NCBI RefSeq assembly: GCF_006345805.1
Contig: NC_042998.1
Span: forward strand, 53,382,001 to 53,446,000
Direction: 5' to 3'
DNA length: 64,000 bases
Origin: Octopus sinensis
Lineage: Eukaryota
The position numbers and the translations under genes are program-made. Position 1 is the stretch's first letter. The number at the start of each line of letters is the position of its first letter. This document shows, in pieces, positions 1-11,367 of the stretch. The notes below the pieces were generated by a model. That model searched no databases. It was given only the letters and a program-made list of their open reading frames with translations, and was not told where the DNA came from.

Positions 1-251
1 TACATAAATGTCCGTAGATCATCGGTGCGACCGTCCAGATCAATATAAGTTGCAGGACTGCATACTAAGACGTCTGTACAAAGTCAGATTTGTAAATAGT
101 TCTGCCCATTACACTCGTGGTTACTATTTCAAACGAGGACATTTGGGTAGAACTATTTACAAATATGACTTTGTGCGGACGTCCTAGTATGCAGTCCTGC
201 AAATTATATTCATCTGGACGGTCGCACCGATGATCTACGGACATTTATGTA
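1..251. repeat. Long inverted repeat (108-bp arms 1-108 and 144-251, 35-nt spacer)
   Basis: tacataaatgtccgtagatcatcggtgcgaccgtccagat...ttctgccca is the reverse complement of tgggtagaac...gatctacggacatttatgta with about 7 mismatches; the left arm runs off the window start. Confidence 0.95.
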
Positions 252-445
252 AGTAAAATTACATAATATGTTAATAGTGAAACATGTATGCGAATAATTC
301 ATATTTTTATTGCTTTTTCTTTTGTCTTGCTCGATTACGTTTTGGTTGTTTTGCTAAATTTTTCTTGAAAGCATATCTTAGAGGTAAGACCATAGCGGAT
401 CTATTGCTAGCATAAGGGTGTCCACATAGTGGTTTCCCTCTAATA
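144..445. mobile_element. Dispersed repeat ending in a TA microsatellite (possible Penelope-like terminal repeat); a related copy lies at 53860-54215
   Basis: gtaagtaaaattacataat...gctagcataagggtgtccacatagtgg recurs, diverged, at 54000-54200 and partly at 53570-53690; the class assignment is inference only. Confidence 0.55.
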
Positions 446-1019
446 TGTATATATATATATAAAAGAAACATTGGAATTAAAAAATCCTGGCAGATATCAA
501 TAAAGCACTCAGTATTAAAAGAATTTGGTTATAAATGTTCAACAATTAAATACCGGTAAATATAAGAAGAATACATACATCCTAGGTAAATCCTCGTCCA
601 AGGCATGTAAATCCAGATGTCCTTTCACAGAATTTTGAGAAAGTCGGAAAATTTAACAACAAAAAGTACATCAGAGAAAATTAAATCTTTATTATAGATC
701 TCATTTTATAAAGCCAACAATTGTTTTTATTGCATTGACATATATATATATAATTAGAAACATTGCATTTCTAAATCTCTCAGAGATACTTATACAGTAG
801 CAACATAATAAAGTGATGGTTTGTTACCAACTTAATGTGGCAGTCCCAGGAAAGAGCAGAATGCTACTGCTATTTAGCCCCAAGGAACATCGTTTCCAGT
901 TGGCTATGCGACACAAGAGTTCTGTGTCCTTAAGTTTTCAAACAGGGGAGATAAGCATCTCCACCCAGCAAAATTATCAAACATAAGTACTAATGAGAGT
1001 TGTAATAATGAATTAAAAG

Positions 1020-1240
1020 TAATAATTCTTCCTACTCTGGGAACAAAGATATAAATTTTTGAAAGGAAGGAAATAGTTGACCATTAGTTATTTTTATTGA
1101 CCCCAGTAATTCCCTAGTGCTTATTTCTATCAACCTTGAAAGGATGAATGATGAAGCCAACTTTGGACTCAGAATGCAAAAACCTGGAGGAAATATCATT
1201 CAGATTTTGTCTGACATACTAATAACTCTGCCAGTGCACC
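1020..1240 (-). mobile_element. SINE family B, degraded
   Basis: Reverse complement of the recurrent ttctgagttcaaattc...ctttcatcctttc...taagtaccag motif. Confidence 0.6.
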
Positions 1241-1248
1241 ATCTTTAA

Positions 1249-1495
1249 TCCTTTAGCATTTAAACCGGCCATATCTGGCTGGTTTAAATTCTACTTGCTT
1301 TATGTTCAAAATAATCCACTTGCTTTATCTTCAAACTGACCATATCTGGCCTCTCATACCTATCCTAAAATGTCATTTTAAACATAAACAATCATGTCAT
1401 TGAAATCTCAAGGCTACAAGATAAAGCATGCTTAATTCAAAACAATGTCAATAAATAAGCATTACGTTTGACAGAGTAATCGGAACACTAAAGAG
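1249..1495. mobile_element. TTAA-flanked MITE (piggyBac-type ends); related fragments at ~46985-47190 and ~50455-50640
   Basis: ttaa|tcctttagcatttaaaccggccatatc ... cactaaagag|ttaa; imperfect TIRs; internal sequence shared with the other copies. Confidence 0.65.
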
Positions 1496-2092
1496 TTAAA
1501 ATGAAATGTCATGATAAAATAATTAAAAAATAATGGTTACAAAAAGAAACTGACAGGCTAATTAATGAATCTGCTAACTCACAGCCTTTAAAATAAGAGT
1601 GATAATAAAATAATAAAAATAATGATTCAAAACACTGATAATTAGCATAAATACTTGTAAAAACTAATAATGATAATAACAATAATATTGTTATTAACAA
1701 TGGTTTATGCTAAACATTTATCTGTTCAATTAACTCCGGATAAATAACAGGCAGAATCACAAATCAGAGGATTTTAATTCAGAATGAGTCACATACAGTA
1801 TTAAATAATCCATAATCTGAATGAAATCCATCACTCAACAACTTGGCTGTTACAAATAATACTGACAGATTCTATCAGAAATGGAAATGAAGTAATTCAG
1901 ATGTAAAATCACATACTAGATAAATGCTGAGTATCATATTGTACAACTGACTGAAACAGATTTATGCTTATTATAATTCTGGTTGCTGGGTCAGTTGTAT
2001 CCTATCATCAAATATGTACTATTTTCATCAACAACTTTTTTAACCCATGATGGCTCAGTCAATGTAGATGTAAATAAGTACCCAGCATATTA

Positions 2093-2560
2093 TCTATTAT
2101 ATAAAATCTGTTCTGTCTGTCCGTGTGTGTGTCTTCTAGGATCTCGGGCATCCTCCATTTGATTGCACTCAAATTTGATATGTAGATACCGATGGTATCA
2201 GGGCGTGTATAAGTCTTGAAAAAATTACAAAAATCGATTCCAGATGAGAATGCAATCGATAAAGCTGTGGGAATATGCATTTGTAGATGCAAGTACATCA
2301 GCTGTTGTGATCGATACTACGTGTATGCGAGAAAAATGCACATGCAGTTTGTGCAAAAAAAGCTGGCTGGCTTTAAATAATGCCACAAAATGGGACGGTC
2401 CGACAAGTTGTTTTGAGAAAATTTGGTTTAAATGTTTGACAACTCAGCACCGTTCATTGGACAGGGGGCGTTTTGCTCGTTACAATATATTGGGGGTCAA
2501 CAAGGGAACTTCTGCATGGTTTTTCAACCTGCAAACAATAAATCAAAATTTCCTTCATTC
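2093..2560 (+). mobile_element. Non-autonomous Helitron, 5' portion
   Basis: a|TCtattatataaaatctgttctgtctgtccgtgtgtg is a Helitron-type 5' end like that of the 57612-57998 element; CpG-richer than the flanks; no 3' CTAG seen. Confidence 0.5.
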
Positions 2561-2786
2561 ACACTTTATTGTCCTAAATATAAAGAGGATGTAGAATGTA
2601 CCCTTAAAATATCACTAAAATGATGGATGATCATGCTGGGGCACCACCTTGAAAGATTTAGTTGAAAAATCAACCACAGTACTTACTGTTTAATCTGTTA
2701 ATCTCTTTAGACAGACTGTGAAGTTAGGGGAACATAAACAAACCAGCATCTGTTGTCAAATATAAACACAAAGACACACACATACA

Positions 2787-3190
2787 GTGAAGCTGTATGG
2801 TAAGAAGTTTGCTTCCCAACCACATGGTTTTGGGCTCATTCCTACAACATGACACCTTGGGCAAGTGTCTTCTACTATAGTCATGGCTTGACTAAAGCCC
2901 TGTGAGTGGATTTGATAAATGGAAACTGAAAGAATCCTTTCATATACATTTATGAAACTGTATGTGTATATATGTGTATATATGTCTTTGTGTCTGTGAT
3001 TACCCTCCACTACTATTTGACAGCTGGTGTTGGTGTGTTTAGGTCCCAATAACTTAGCAGTTCAACAAAAAAGAGCAATAGAATAAGTACTAGTCTTAAA
3101 GAAATTTAGTACTGTGTTTGATTCATTCAATGAAAGTTCTTCAAGGCTATACCCCAGCATTGCTGCAGTCTAATGACTGAAACAAGATAT
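2787..3190 (+). mobile_element. SINE family A (tRNA-like head, central TA/TG tract), degraded
   Basis: gctgtatggtaag...ccttgggcaagtgtcttctactatag...gactgaaacaag matches the other family A copies. Confidence 0.75.
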
Positions 3191-4094
3191 ATATATGTAT
3201 ATATATGATGAGCTTCTGTCCACCAAATTCACTCGCGAAGTGTTAGCTGACCAAGGGCTAAGTTAAAGACACTTACTCATGGTGCCATGCAGTGTGACTG
3301 CACCCCAAAATACATGGCTGCAAAGCTACCTTCTTCACCACACAGCCATACCAGTGCCTTTTATAGATATTTCCTTTATTGAAATCATTTGTTTTCAAAC
3401 TGAAAAATGTCCAAGTTCCTGTATTTTCTTTAGGAACTTTCTATTATTCTTTCTCATATGATTTCACCTTCACCAACAATGAAGAATTCTAAATTCCTCT
3501 AAATGCTGCTGTTTACTTAGAAACATTGATTTCAAATATTGGTTTTTATAGAGAATATAAAGAATTTAAGTTAACATAGAAAAGATTTAGAGACCAGATT
3601 TTCTAGAGCATAAAGCAAATGGGAATAAAATTTCTCTAAAACTCTACAGTAATTAAATTCAGTAAAGATTCTGGGATACATTCCTAAAAGCTAGAGTAAC
3701 TGAAGTATTATACAAAGCTTTCTATCCAGAGACCTGATGAAATTCTACTTTAGATCTGAATTTACGAATCCAGAAGATAAACATCCAGTAGTTCAATATC
3801 ATGCTCACTCTACCTCTTCTAACTTTAATAGACTATTTCTGACACTATTTGATGGCATAAAAGATTCATGGGTATTTTAGATGTAGCCAGATTTCATCAG
3901 TACATATGCAGGAAAAATTGGAGGGCAAACTTTGCATTTAAGACTCAGAATGATTTTTTTGAGCTCTCTGTTTTTGAAAAAAAAAAAGGGACATCTTATA
4001 TGCCATAAAATACAATAGTTCAGCATCTTAGATACTAAAATATCATATCTTTGTATGGAAAACAAAGTAATATTTTGCACAACAGATGTGGCTT

Positions 4095-4099
<5 letters not shown>

Positions 4100-4158
<59 letters not shown>

Positions 4159-4860
4159 TCTTTTTACCACTGGTTTTGTTGGAACTCCTGGATCCATGCA
4201 TGTGTAATTGGCTTGCTGCCTGCAGCCTACAGTACCATGCTATCTGTTCTATTCAACTATCTAATCTTTTCCTGATTATTCTGGCTATGCCAAGGAGGCA
4301 AACTTTTTGTAACAGTTCTACTGGGCACTCAATTCTGATTTCTTTTATATTCCTCTTGATGCCTTCTGATACTATCCCCAAAGACCCAAAGATAATTGGT
4401 ACCACCTTCACTTTCTTCAATTTCCATAGCTGTGCTATTTTGTACTTAAAAGAGTTGTTTTTATCTATTCTTTTGGCCTTCCTTCTTGGCTATTCATGGG
4501 TCAAAGGGGCATTCAACATCAACTATATAGCACATGTGGTGCATCTTATTGACCACAAATCTGTTATGTTCTAGAACCTGATCTGTTTGGATTGGGAAAT
4601 CCCACAGGATTTTGCAAGTGTCTGACTCTGCCAATCTCTGTGGTTTGTGCTCATACCACATCCTGTCTCTCTCTAGCTCCTACTTTTCACACAATTTCCA
4701 GTGTAACACTTTCACTACCTTATCATGGCACCACAACTTGTAGTGGTTTTGGGCAAGTCTGAGGCATTCGTTTGTGATATGGACAATGGCTTCGTCCACT
4801 CTATTACAGATACGACACAATCTAGGCACTTTCTCATTTCTAAGGTTGACCCTTCAATTC
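4100..4860 (-). mobile_element. R4/Dong-clade RLE-type LINE, 5'-truncated, with (TAA)n tail
   Basis: Minus-strand translation: CRICNRVDEAIVHITNECLRLAQNHY...HDKVVKVLHWKLCEK*...WYEHKP...KILWDFPIQTD...IVDVECPFD...LWKLKKVKVVPIIFGSLG...LQKVCLLGIARIIRKRLDS* (zinc knuckle plus restriction-like endonuclease; stops and a frameshift); TAA array at 4100-4157. Confidence 0.9.
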
Positions 4861-5057
4861 ATGGCCAATATTAATATTACTATTATTGCTGCATTCTGAG
4901 TTCAAATTCTGCCATGATTGACTTCCCATTTCATTCTTTCAGGGTCGATAAATTAAGTACCAGTGAAACACTGGAGTTGATGTTATTGATTTACCCCTCT
5001 CCTCCAAATTCCAGGCTTTGTGCCTACAATAGAAAAGATTATTATTATTATTATTAT

Positions 5058-5290
5058 AAGGCAGTGAGCTGGCAAAATTGTTAGTATGCTGGGCAAAATG
5101 CTTAGCAGCATTTCATATCTTTACATTTTGAGTTCAAATTGTACCAAGGTCAAATTTGCCTTTCATCCTTTCGGTGTTGATAAAATAAGTACCAGTTAAA
5201 AACTGGGGTCAATGTAATGACTTAACACTTAACAATGTAATGACTTAACATTACTGGCCTTGTGCCAAAATTTGAAAACCATATTATTAT
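5058..5290 (+). mobile_element. SINE family B; further copies at ~4890-5040, 10380-10860, 14680-14830, 15060-15250, 23780-23970, 24275-24460, 30760-30940, 33045-33510, 36650-36830, 48520-48660
   Basis: ggcagtgagctggcaaaa...ttttgagttcaaatt...ctttcatcctttcgg..gataaaataagtaccag recurs throughout the window. Confidence 0.8.
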
Positions 5291-6200
5291 AAGTCAGCAA
5301 AACTTTGCTACCTATTAATTTAATATGCTGTTTATTTATTAAAGTCAATGTTTATTTAAGTCAAATTTATTGTGTTTATTGTCAGCTGTCAGGAATTTTA
5401 TGCTCAAAGACATAATGATAACAGCAAGAAAAATTGGAAATGTACAGAACTTTCTATTCTACAAGACACACCATTCATTCTGCTCTAGATTGCTGTTATA
5501 TTTTCCATTGAATATCCATTTGAATGAAATAAAGAGTAAATGTGGTGTCAGAGATGAAATACTGAAAAATATATGAAGCAAAAAATACAATTGAATAACA
5601 GATGTGTCTTGCTGAATTTCTTGTTCTCTATTATTTATTATTTATTCAATATTAATGTTTTTGGCATAAACATCTTAGTGTTTTGTTTATTGTATGAAAG
5701 ACTGATGTCAAGACATTTTTCAATCTTAATTGCTGCAAATCAAGTATAAGGGTATGTTGTTTAAAAAGATATAAAGTTTTAAAGATGTCAAAGAAGCGTA
5801 GAAATGTCAATACTTTTCACAGACAATAAGGATAAAAGATAAGTAAACTTGTTACAGCCAGAAATCTAAATTGGGTGGTGAAAGCATGCTAGGTCTAGAA
5901 TTCATTTCTGCTTTACCTAGCTTTCCTATATGCAGAGAGGAACCCTTGGTTTTCAACCTCACATAGGTGTTTGCTTTCACATTGATAATGTTTTTTTCCT
6001 GTAAATATGCATAAGTATAATTCTTTTCCCAAATAAATTGTACTTCATATTTGAGGCTCTGATAAAGCTATAAGATGTTATTCAGGTACTCAACTTTGAG
6101 TCCACTGCATTTTGTAGCAGAAACAGCTGTAAGCTAATGAAGTTCATAAGATAATCATTTATTCCTTTGTCATCTCATTATCTTATTACAGCTTATATAT

Positions 6201-7092
6201 ATCATCATCATCATCATCGTTTAACGTCCGCTTTCCATGCTAGCATGGGTTGGATGGTTCAACTGGGGTCTGGGGAGCCCGAAGGCTGCACCAGGCCAGT
6301 CAGATCTGGCAGTGTTTCTACAGCTGGATGCCCTTCCTAACGCCAACCACTCCGAGAGTGTAGTGGGTGATTTTATGTGCCACCGACACAGGTGCCAGAC
6401 GAGGCTGGCGAACGACCACGCTCGGATGGTGTTTTTTATGTGCCACCAACACAGGTACCAGACGAGGCTGGCAGACGGCCACGCTCGGATGGTGTTTTTT
6501 ATGTTCCACCGACACAGGTGCCAGACGAGGCTGGTGAACAGCCACGCTTGGATGGTGTTTTTTATGTGCCACCGACACAGGTACCAGATGAGGCTGGCGA
6601 ACGGCCACGATCGGATGGTGTTTGTTACGTGCCCACAGCACGGAGGCCAGTCGATGTGGTACTGGCTACAGCCACGTTCGGATGGTTTTCTTATGTGCCA
6701 CCGGCACTGGTACCACAAAGATACAAATTCCATTGATGTTCATCTATTTTGATTTGGTTTGATTTTTGATTTGATTTTCACTTGCCTCAACAGGTCTTCA
6801 CAAGTGTCACAAGAAGGAAGGTATGCACAGGTGGGCTGACTACGTCCCAGGTAGGGGCCATGGGTTATGGCCTCACTAGTCTTGCTGGGTCTTTTCACGC
6901 ACAGCATACTTCCATAGGTCTCGGTCTCTAGTCATTTCCTTGGTGAGACCTAAAGTTCGAAGATCGTGCTTCACCACCTCGTCCCAGGTTTTCCTGGGTC
7001 TACCTCTTCCACAGGTTCCCTCAACTGCTAGGGTGTAGCACTTTTGCACACAACTATCTTCAGCCATTCTCATCACATGACCATACCAGCAC
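6201..7092 (-). mobile_element. 5'-truncated copy of the RTEX-like LINE (end of ORF plus 3' UTR and (GAT)n tail)
   Basis: WYGHVMRMAEDSCVQKCYTLAVEGTCGRGRPRKTWDEVVKHDLRTLGLTKEMTRDRDLW is nearly identical to 28500-28725; same 3' terminus. Confidence 0.95.
6375..6690. repeat. 63-bp tandem repeat (4 full units plus a diverged fifth) inside the LINE 3' UTR
   Basis: Unit starts at 6375, 6438, 6501, 6564, 6627 (atgtgccacc...ggatggtgtttttt). Confidence 0.95.
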
Positions 7093-7093
7093 A

Positions 7094-7131
<38 letters not shown>

Positions 7132-7189
7132 TATATATATTTACATATATATATGTGTATGTATGTATATGTGTATATACATACATACT

Positions 7190-7745
7190 TACAAGGACGC
7201 AGCCATAAGCAGAACACAAGTTTACAAGTAGTTTTCACGCTTTAGGAATGGTCACTTTTTGCTTGTAGACCAACCTCATTCAGGGCGACTGTTGAATGAA
7301 AATGAACGAAAATTCACAAACTGATCTTGGAGAACTATTACTGAACAATTGACAAAATTGTTCGTATGACTTGTGTGTATCCTGGAGTTCCTGCCAACGA
7401 AGTTTGAGTGAGGAATTGTAAATGAAAAGAGTTACAGCGAAATTTGTGCCTCACTTGCTCATGGAAGATCAAAAGCAGTCACAACTGAATGCATGTCGTA
7501 GACATGAAATAACAGTTGGAAGTTGATCTGGACTTTTTTTGAAGGTCATCACTGGTGACAAAAGCTGGTGCTCCAGAATTTGAAGATTTGGAAGAGGTGA
7601 AGAAAACAAATGATGGAGGTATTAAAAGGCATCACTTCACAAGTGTTCAAGCACTGCTTCAAACAGTAGAAAACATATCTGGACTGATGCATTACTTAAA
7701 ATGGAGAACACTTTGAAGGCGATAAAAGTGTAAACATGTAAAATT
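7190..7745 (+). pseudogene. Mariner transposase remnant, internally deleted
   Basis: AISRTQVYK*FSRFRNG...DQPHSGR; MKRVTAKFVPHLL; KVITGDKSWC; C-terminal FKHCFKQ*K...CIT*NGEHFEGD. Confidence 0.85.
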
Positions 7746-7756
7746 AAGTGAATAAA

Positions 7757-8847
7757 ATCATCATCGTCATTTGACTCCGTTTTCCATGCTGGCATGAGTT
7801 GGACGGTTTGACTGATCTGGAGAGCCAGTGGCTGCATCAGGTTTCAGTTTGATCTGGCAATATTTCTAAAGCTGGATGCCCTTCCTAATAACAACCACTC
7901 TGAGAATGTAGTGGATGCTTTTTACATGCCACTGGCACAGGAGCCAGTCAGTCGAGCCAGGCATTGATCATGTTCAGATAGTGTTTTTTATATGCCACTG
8001 GCAGAAGAGCCAGTCAGAGGGCACTGGTCACAGCTACAATTTTGGTTTTGGTTTTACTTGACTCAACAAGTCCTCTCAAGCATGCTTGATACATCAAGGA
8101 TACACTTAAATGGGCCAGACATGCAACACTGGCATTGACCATGGCTGCAATCTCATTTTGTTTCCGAGTCTTCTCAATCACAGTATATCTCCAAAGGTCT
8201 CAGTGTCTTGTCATTGCCTCTGTGAGGTCCAGTGCTTGAAGGTCATGCTTCACCACCTCATCCCATGTCTTCCTGGGTCCACTTCTACAGGTTCCTTCCA
8301 CAGTTAGGGTGTGGCACTTCCACACTCAGCTGTCTTCATCCATGCATAACACATGACCATACCAGTGCAGTTGTTACTCTTGCACACCACATTTGATGCT
8401 TCTTATGTCCAACTTTTCTCTCAGTCAACTTACACTCTGTCATGTGTGCACACTGACATTACACATCCAGTGGAGCATACTAGCTTCATTTCTTTCAAGC
8501 CTATGCATGTCATTTGCAGTCATGTCCCATGTTTCACTGTCGTGTAGCATGACAGTTCACACACATGCATCATACAGTCTTTTTTCATCCTAAGCTAGAG
8601 GCCCTTAGTTGCCAGAAGAGGTAGGAGCGCCCTGAACTTTGCCCAGGTTATTCTTATTCTAACTGTAACACTCTCAGAGTAACCACCCCCACTACAGATT
8701 TGGTCGCCTAGGTAGCGGAAGCTATCAACTACTTCTAGTTTTATCCCCTGGAATGTGATGGAATCTGTTTTCTGTACATCTTCAGTGTTTATTGCCCATG
8801 TGCATCTGCCACACACAAAAACTATCTTCCTGGTTAACCTTCCTTTT
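7757..8847 (-). mobile_element. Older 5'-truncated RTEX-like LINE copy
   Basis: KGRLTRKIVFVCGRC...FQGIKLEVVDSFRYLGDQICSGGGYSESVTVRIRITWAKFRALLPLL is homologous to 28030-28270; 3' UTR and GAT tail at 7757. Confidence 0.9.
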
Positions 8848-9139
8848 GTTTGTTCCTTCTCGAGCCATGCTTGGCTCATAAGGGCCAGTTTCCCGGTTTC
8901 TTGGTGTATAGGTTCCTGGACAGGATGCTGGTCCATCGCAGATGAGCTGCAAGATGTAGGAGGAAAGAGTGAGAGAAAGTTGTGGTGAAAGAGCCATCAG
9001 AAGTTCGCCATTACCTTCTGCCAGAGTCGCGTGGAGCTTAGGTGTTTTCGCTCATAAATACACACATTGCTTGGTCTGAGATTCGAGCCCACGATCCCTC
9101 GACTGCGAGTCCGCTGCTCTAACCATAGGCTATGTGCCT
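8848..9139 (-). mobile_element. SINE family C (tRNA-derived head), apparently full length, directly abutting the LINE copy
   Basis: RC: aggcacatagcctatggttagagcagcggactcgcagtcgagggatcgtgggctcgaatctcagacc (A/B-box-like), homologous to 44820-45130. Confidence 0.8.
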
Positions 9140-10896
9140 TGACAACCTTCCTTTGATATTGCTGCACCTTTTATGTGTCCATAGTATACACCAGGTACAT
9201 CGTATGGAGCTTCTACCAATGCCTTTTCTACAGATCAAGCAGGGCCATCTACCTGAAGGGGTTTGTGATTTGTTGGCCTTCCTACTTACTTAGACTTTGG
9301 CTATTGCAAAATTCTGGTTTCTTTTGGATACCCTTTCATATTCCCAAACTAAAGACAATAACTAATATTGATTTCCTTTTCTAGTCTTACAGCTAAATTA
9401 TTGGAAGACAGTTACTTCGTTGCTGTATAGTATGTAGGTATAGAAGTTATGTCCTACTCTTATGTTGAATCCTGTTTCTGACCATTATTCTCATGTTCCA
9501 ACAAAATATTCTTTTTTATATTTCTTTATCCTTTTCTAAATCTTTGATTTAAGGAGATAAAGAGTCCTTTTTTGGTTTTATCGAATATTCTAACAGAACA
9601 AAGCAGTTATATTTAAACCATTTTTCCAATATCCATGAATGCAATGAAACCACTACAATAACAAAAACAAATTTTACCAAATGTAATGTAATTTAAAAGC
9701 CATTGACATCTTCATTCCTTTTGTATAGCACATTTTATTACTGAAAAGTTGTGCAATCATTTTATGCACATTTAAAAGATATTTTTCTATGCTTTTAGCA
9801 TATGATCATCATAATCACTATCAACTGCAGCAACCACTTTTTTTTTAAAATAAAAGAACTATGGTTGAATAATATTTCATGTGTAATTTCACTAAATGGA
9901 GAGATGGTCGGTATCTAACTGGTTACCAAACAGATTTTAACAAAAGTAGTTTTGAGTTTGATGCAATGAATGTACAATTGTAAAAGGTAAAAACTTATTC
10001 TTCATAGAAAGTAAAGGAACAAGTTATATGATATACTTATCGTTTCAGTGGTTTTCATGATAAAAAAAAGCCATAAAAATATGCTAGCTGTATTTTCTAA
10101 CGAAAGATAATTAATTAAATTATGAAATATATACTTTTTTATTAATCTATTTGAATATTAAATATGAACATTTAACAAAAATATTTCCTGCTGCTGAATC
10201 AGTTTATAAATTTCATGTGATGTTTCAAACGTTGAAAAATAATTGTTGAATAGTTAGTGTTCTAATAGTTAAGTTTAATGTTATTATTTTTAATGTATGT
10301 ACTATTAAAAAATACTGACTATGAATAATTATGTACAAAGGTATAACCTATACTAATAAATGACTGATGTAATTTTAGCTATTTCAACTGGGAGAGTAGT
10401 GTATCTGCAGAATCATTAGAATGTTGGGCAACACGTCTTGCAGTGTTTCACTACATCCCTTATGTTCTAATTTCAAGTAATATGATCATTATTTTTTGCC
10501 TTTCATCCTTCAATGTTCATTTTAATTGCATATACTCTTCTCTCCAAAATTGAAGGTATTGCACCTATGTTAAAAATTAATTATTTCAGTAGATATGAGA
10601 GATAACTCTAGACATGTTTCAGTCTTATTATGGCCTCATTAGCAAGAGTGGTAGATTGACAAAATGTTTAGCGATTCAGACTACAGTCATTGATTATTTT
10701 GCTATGGTTCTTTACTTGCTAGGCTTAAACCCTGTTGAGGTCATCTTAGACTCTCATCCTTCTCGGGTTGATAAAATGAAGTACCAGTAAAAAAATTGGG
10801 GTCAATAACATTGACTACACTCTTTCCAAAATTTCAGGCCTTGTGCCTATGTTACAAAGCTTTATGACATCATTAGTGAAGCACACACACACACAT

Positions 10897-11204
10897 ATAT
10901 ATATAAATTAGAGAAAAACCACTATTATGTAATTCAAACAATGATAGACATAAACCATATCATATAGAAAAAATAAGATATATTATAAAACATATATCTA
11001 GATCACAAAAAGTACAAAAAAATGAATAAACACTATATAATAAGTATATAATAATAAATATATAATAATGTTTATTCATTTTTTTGTACTTTTTGTAATC
11101 TAGATATATGTTTTATAATATATTTTATTTTTTCTTTATGATATGGTTTATGTCTATCATTGTTTGAATTACATAATAGTGGTTTTTCTCTAATTTATAT
11201 ATAT
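10897..11204. repeat. Near-perfect palindrome/fold-back element (~136-bp arms, 36-nt spacer) between TA/CA tracts
   Basis: aaattagagaaaaaccactattatg...aatgaataaaca versus tgtttattcatt...cataatagtggtttttctctaattt, about 4 differences. Confidence 0.95.
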
Positions 11205-11256
11205 TATATATTTATATTGGAAAATTTGATTTAATACTAAATTGAAATTTTCCCTG

Positions 11257-11304
<48 letters not shown>

Positions 11305-11367
11305 TAAAACACACATATATATTACAGAGAGAGTTATAGCCCAATTAATTAGGAGCAGAATTAGGTT

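Noticed and set aside
3600-3900. Short reading frames with protein-like composition
   Set aside because: Interrupted by stops, and no motif could be assigned.
6221-6752. Four long overlapping ORFs; repeat array superficially CRISPR-like
   Set aside because: Explained by a 63-bp tandem repeat in a LINE UTR; no unique spacers, no cas genes, eukaryotic context.
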